This document shows, piece after piece, positions 16,973-20,709 of a stretch of DNA of 20,709 bases. The notes under the pieces are model-generated. The model did no database searches. It was given only the letters and a program-made list of their open reading frames with translations, and had not been told where the DNA came from. This stretch comes from Bacteroidia bacterium (GTDB taxonomy: Bacteria; Bacteroidota; Bacteroidia; Bacteroidales; VadinHA17). The position numbers and the translations under genes are program-made. The stretch is from positions 1 through 20,709 of the forward strand of contig JAPLDX010000103.1 in the NCBI GenBank assembly GCA_026391215.1, in the 5' to 3' direction. Numbering within the stretch: the first letter of the stretch is position 1; each line of letters opens with the position of its first letter.

Positions 16973-17464
16973 ATGAAGAAGCTATCAACATTAATCGTTC
17001 TTCTTTCTTTCACAACGACCGGGTTTTCACAGACCCGGCTCCCTTCAGTTGTCCTCAAATCAACAGACGGTGATGAGGTCAGGCTTTCTGACTATGCAGC
17101 TTTGAAAAAACCTCTGATAATATCATTCTGGGCAACCTACTGCGGTCCTTGTCTTGAAGAATTTGAAGCGGTCACAGATCTTTATGACGAATGGAAAAAA
17201 GAGGTCGATTTCGAGTTTATTGCAGTAAGCATCGATGATTCAAGGTCGGCAGCCAGGGTGAAGAGCATGGCTTCAGGCAAGAACTGGCCATTTATTGTAT
17301 TGATTGACGAAAATCAGGATGTTAAACGAGCCATGAATGTAATTGACATTCCATTCTGCTTCATCTTTGACAAAAACGGAAAGTACGTGTACAAGCATTC
17401 CGGCTATCTGCCGGGAGATGAGTTTGTCATGCTTAAGGAGCTAAAGAAGATCACTGATGAATAG
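16973..17464 (+). CDS. TlpA/ResA-family thioredoxin-like disulfide reductase, periplasmic
   Basis: SPI signal ..GFS|Q. IISFWATYCGPC (CxxC at 17141-17152), IAVSIDD, cis-Pro loop DIPF, HSGY.PGDE. Confidence 0.92.
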   Translation: MKKLSTLIVLLSFTTTGFSQTRLPSVVLKSTDGDEVRLSDYAALKKPLIISFWATYCGPCLEEFEAVTDLYDEWKKEVDFEFIAVSIDDSRSAARVKSMASGKNWPFIVLIDENQDVKRAMNVIDIPFCFIFDKNGKYVYKHSGYLPGDEFVMLKELKKITDE

Positions 17465-19031
17465 AATTACCGGAATAGCGATATTGTCGGTGCTGATCTT
17501 TTCATCAGCTCTGGCTCAGAATTCCGGACAAATATCAGGAAGCCTCGAAAGTAATACCCACTACTATCTCAGGGATGATCTGCTGCTTATAACGAAACCT
17601 GAAAATCCGGTAGCTTCCAATAACTACTTACTCCTGCAGTACAACAACGGACCTTTTTCCGGGGCATTGCAGTATGAAGCCTATATGCCGCCTTTGTCAG
17701 GATACCCCTACCAGCTTGAAGGAAACCGTCTGACCTACCTGAACTTCAGGTATACCAAAGAGGTAATCGATGTTACTGCCGGCAGCTTTTATGAACAGTT
17801 CGGCAATGGACTCATCCTGAGGGCTTATGAAAGCCGTGAACTGGGAATAAACAATGCTGTCAATGGCGTGAGGGTCATCATCAAACCTGTAAAATTCTTA
17901 AGGATAACAGGTATTTTAGGGAGAACGAGAAGCTATCTGGATATCTCTTCAAGTTACCTGAGAGGCTTTAATACAGAGCTTGATATTGGAGAAGTAATGA
18001 AAACAAAACTTGGGCTAAAACTGGGGGGAGGATTTATAAACAGATATCAGGAATATACTGGTCCGGTTTTCAATTTTCCTGCAAGTGTAAATGCCTACAG
18101 TCTCAGATTATCTGCAAATTATTCAAATCTCAATATTGAGACAGAATATGCCAATAAGGGTATTGACCCTTCAATCGCTAACCTTAACAGTATGGCTAAT
18201 GGGGGGGCTTTTCTGGTCAACGGCAACTATACAGCAGCTGGATTCGGAATATATGCTTCAGCCAGGTTTCTAAAAAGCATGGATTTCAGGAGTGAGAGGG
18301 AATCGTATGGCAACTACATGATGATCAATTATTTGCCAGCGAATACCTGGCAGCACACTACTCTTCTTGGAGGCATTTATCCTTACAGCACCCAGGCGAG
18401 AGGCGAAGCATCAATACAAACCGACATCAATTATTCACTTCAGAAAGGGACTTTCCCCGGAGGCAGCTATGGTACAAAGCTCAGATTCGGTTTCTCACAT
18501 GTCAGGAACCTTAAAGACACTAATTCCCCGATACTGATTTCGTTTGGCAATCAGGTTTATTATCAGGATCTGACATTCGAGATCACAAGAAAATGGAGCC
18601 CGTCAGTGAAAACAATCACAGCACTGACTGCATTAAAATATGACAAAGCTGTTATCGAATATCCCGGGGCTGATTTTGTCAAAGCGATTATTCTGAATGC
18701 TGAATCACAGATCCGTATTTCAACGACTTTTTCCCTTAGGACAGAACTGCAGCATCTGTGGACAAAACAAGATGACGGCAACTGGCTGGCCGGCCTTGCA
18801 GAGGTTGGGCTGGCACCTCACCTGAGCTTCTTTGTCTCAGATATGTGGAACTATCAGAATCAAGGTGCTGAACCTCACTATTACAATTCAGGTATAAGCT
18901 TTTCAACGGATTATATGAGGATATCGACGGGTTACGGAAGGCAGAGGGAAGGGCTGATATGCGCCGGAGGAGTTTGCCAGAGAGTGCCTGCCTACAGGGG
19001 ATTTAATCTAAAGCTTACTGTAAATTTCTAA
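17457..19031 (+). CDS. DUF6029-like outer-membrane beta-barrel protein
   Basis: Signal peptide ..ALA|Q. SNNYL, TAGSFYEQFGNGLILRAYE.RELGINN, amphipathic strands, GYGRQREGLICAGGVCQRVPA, C-terminal Phe. Overlaps the tlpA-like gene by 8 nt. Confidence 0.82.
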   Translation: MNRITGIAILSVLIFSSALAQNSGQISGSLESNTHYYLRDDLLLITKPENPVASNNYLLLQYNNGPFSGALQYEAYMPPLSGYPYQLEGNRLTYLNFRYTKEVIDVTAGSFYEQFGNGLILRAYESRELGINNAVNGVRVIIKPVKFLRITGILGRTRSYLDISSSYLRGFNTELDIGEVMKTKLGLKLGGGFINRYQEYTGPVFNFPASVNAYSLRLSANYSNLNIETEYANKGIDPSIANLNSMANGGAFLVNGNYTAAGFGIYASARFLKSMDFRSERESYGNYMMINYLPANTWQHTTLLGGIYPYSTQARGEASIQTDINYSLQKGTFPGGSYGTKLRFGFSHVRNLKDTNSPILISFGNQVYYQDLTFEITRKWSPSVKTITALTALKYDKAVIEYPGADFVKAIILNAESQIRISTTFSLRTELQHLWTKQDDGNWLAGLAEVGLAPHLSFFVSDMWNYQNQGAEPHYYNSGISFSTDYMRISTGYGRQREGLICAGGVCQRVPAYRGFNLKLTVNF

Positions 19032-19042
19032 GGAAGAATAAC

Positions 19043-20095
19043 TTAACTGTCTTCATAAACAAACTCCAGTTTTTCTCCCACCCTGGCTTTAATACAGTTC
19101 AGCACCTCGTCAGTCCTGGACCCGCTGCTGTAGGTGACAAAAGCAATAACAATCATCTTTTTTATTTCGCTGCAGCTGAAATTTGTGAATTTAATTTCCT
19201 TGGCGTAGATGCTGCCAATATCGACGGATGCAGATGGTATTGCATCGCCAAAAATATCTGTACCCGATTTTATCATTACATTCCTGTGAACAAAATTGCC
19301 CATTATAGAACCTGCCTTGTAATATGGGGAGGAAGGATCAGTATCGTAATAATTTGCCTGGTTGGCAATAAGACTGTCATTAAGAAGGTAAACCGACAAT
19401 TCCAGATTCTCAGCGAAATCGTAGCCGAACATAATGTTTATATTGGCTGTTACCAGTGCAATATTGCCTGTAACTTCCATTGATATTCCGATACGTGAGG
19501 GTGTATGGAGAGGTTTAATTTCAGAAGGCTCTCCCTTCCATTCAATATTTCTGTCAGCATGCACTGTCGGGATACCGGTAAAGCCAAATGACTGGAAAAG
19601 TGTACTGTTAAGACTATATGTCATTTCATCACTGAGATGATAGGCAACATGTACAACTCTATTGTCGGTCTTCTGAAGATTACTGATCTGATAGATCGCC
19701 CGCGGACACCATCCACACCAGGTACCGGTATACTGTTCAAGCAATACGTTTTTGTTGAACTTAAGATTCTTATCTTCAACCACCTCTATCTCTTCCTCAT
19801 TGCTTTTTATGTTATTGTACATTGCATATACAGTTGATACTGAGGGAGTAGGGGATGCTATTTTGTCACCGCTAACTGTTTCTCCGTCATAGTAGATAGT
19901 TATATATTCCATAACACTTCTGCCATCCTGATTTACTACAGATACTTTTGCAAAGTCGGTATTGTCTCCGACTATCCTGCTCTTCGAAAGTGTTAATTCC
20001 AGGGATTTTATATTTGGACCGTCATCCTCGTCGCCGTCACAGCCGGCAATAAAGATCGAAAGGGCAAATAATACAACTATCTGAAGCTTATACAT
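19043..20095 (-). CDS. Omp28-related outer-membrane lipoprotein (thioredoxin-like CxxC domain) with an N-terminal Ig-like domain
   Basis: Lipobox IAG-C followed by DGDEDD. NVLLEQYTGTWCGWCP (CxxC at 19706-19717), VAYH, TGIPT (cis-Pro loop), QANYY, FVHRNVM, IAFV. Confidence 0.88.
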   Translation of the reverse strand: MYKLQIVVLFALSIFIAGCDGDEDDGPNIKSLELTLSKSRIVGDNTDFAKVSVVNQDGRSVMEYITIYYDGETVSGDKIASPTPSVSTVYAMYNNIKSNEEEIEVVEDKNLKFNKNVLLEQYTGTWCGWCPRAIYQISNLQKTDNRVVHVAYHLSDEMTYSLNSTLFQSFGFTGIPTVHADRNIEWKGEPSEIKPLHTPSRIGISMEVTGNIALVTANINIMFGYDFAENLELSVYLLNDSLIANQANYYDTDPSSPYYKAGSIMGNFVHRNVMIKSGTDIFGDAIPSASVDIGSIYAKEIKFTNFSCSEIKKMIVIAFVTYSSGSRTDEVLNCIKARVGEKLEFVYEDS

Positions 20096-20268
20096 TTGAT
20101 CTTTAATTCAATGTAAAATTAAACAATATATCTGAAACATTACACTTCCTTTTTTGCTTCTACCTGAGATCAACCTCACTGGTCACGTACTTATTCCTGA
20201 TCATTTTAACAGGTATTGACTCTATACACCTTGCACCAGTCAACCTCTTCTTCATCCCAACTTTCTCT

Positions 20269-20709
20269 CTGAAGAGATCATTTCTTTCAGGTTTCCTTAT
20301 GTTAACTGTATTTTATTTCCTGCAGGCACAAACTATTTTACTGCAGGAAGACTTCAGTACAGCCTCAGGTACAACTCCGCCTGCCGGATGGACAGTTCAG
20401 ACCAGTATTGGTGACCCATTAGCTGATTTGTGGCATCTCGATAATCCGGGACGACGCTCGCCGGGAGATCCTGTTGCCGGACCTTTCGCCTGTTTTGACA
20501 GTGATAAACTAAGCGACAATGGATTAGCTGAAGAAGTATGTCTGACCTCCCCGGTCTTTGATGCTACTACTACTGCAAACATTACATTGGAATTTGACCA
20601 GTATTTTATTGAAGGTTATGGTGGTTCCTGTACGGTTGAAATTTTCAATGGCACTTCGTGGATCAGCATCTACACTAATAGCTCGACTACAGGCAATCCG
20701 CACCATTCC
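20269..20709 (+). CDS. Secreted surface protein with a cleaved-adhesin/MAM-like N-terminal domain; 3'-truncated by the window edge
   Basis: Not in the ORF track. Frame 1 is open from 20107 to the end: (M)KRSFLSGFLMLTVFYFLQA|QTILLQEDFSTASGTTPPAGWTV..DLWHLDNPG..FACFDSD..LTSPVFD..ITLEFDQYF..NGTSW. EDF..PAGW and LTSP.FD are typical of this beta-sandwich type. Start uncertain (CTG 20269 or ATG 20299). Confidence 0.75.
   Translation, partial: MKRSFLSGFLMLTVFYFLQAQTILLQEDFSTASGTTPPAGWTVQTSIGDPLADLWHLDNPGRRSPGDPVAGPFACFDSDKLSDNGLAEEVCLTSPVFDATTTANITLEFDQYFIEGYGGSCTVEIFNGTSWISIYTNSSTTGNPHHS

Noticed and set aside
16973-20095. Selenocysteine recoding in the redox genes
   Set aside because: All redox-motif positions are TGC/TGT codons and there is no in-frame TGA at these sites.
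20096-20268. Promoter elements in the Omp28/adhesin divergent region
   Set aside because: Only weak variants of TAnnTTTG are present (e.g. TAATTTTA on the minus strand), too degenerate to call.
176-20706. The many 60-170 aa alternative-frame or antisense ORFs in the track (e.g. 176..448, 579..1091, 3665..3970, 7365..7679, 16448..16906, 20397..20582, 20524..20706)
   Set aside because: They overlap well-supported genes and show no recognisable motifs, so they are best read as shadow ORFs.

Overview
A gene-dense window from a Bacteroidota (probably Bacteroidales) genome. The assignment rests on TAnnTTTG-type promoter elements, AT-rich start regions without Shine-Dalgarno sequences, Gln right after most predicted signal-peptide cleavage sites, and the gene families present. 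From left to right it holds: (1) the 3' end of a GH5-like glycoside hydrolase and a lipoprotein-type cellobiose/mannobiose 2-epimerase (AGE family); (2) a convergent LolA-like periplasmic protein; (3) a glycan-degradation operon (GH43+F5/8C+FN3, NrtR-type NUDIX/wHTH regulator, secreted MBL-fold hydrolase, alpha/beta esterase, long GH78 alpha-L-rhamnosidase) with a candidate NrtR operator in its promoter; (4) a non-SusC/D TonB-dependent receptor cassette (TBDT, DUF4249-like lipoprotein, macroglobulin-like/plug-like protein, secreted hypothetical); (5) a thiol-redox trio (TlpA-like thioredoxin, DUF6029-like beta-barrel whose only two Cys form a CAGGVC loop, Omp28-like CxxC lipoprotein); (6) the 5' end of a secreted adhesin-like protein that appears to start at CTG. 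The best candidates for poorly described systems are the redox trio (a possible trans-outer-membrane disulfide relay) and the TBDT cassette. I saw no RNA genes, CRISPR arrays or transposases. All family names come from motif recognition by eye, not from database searches.
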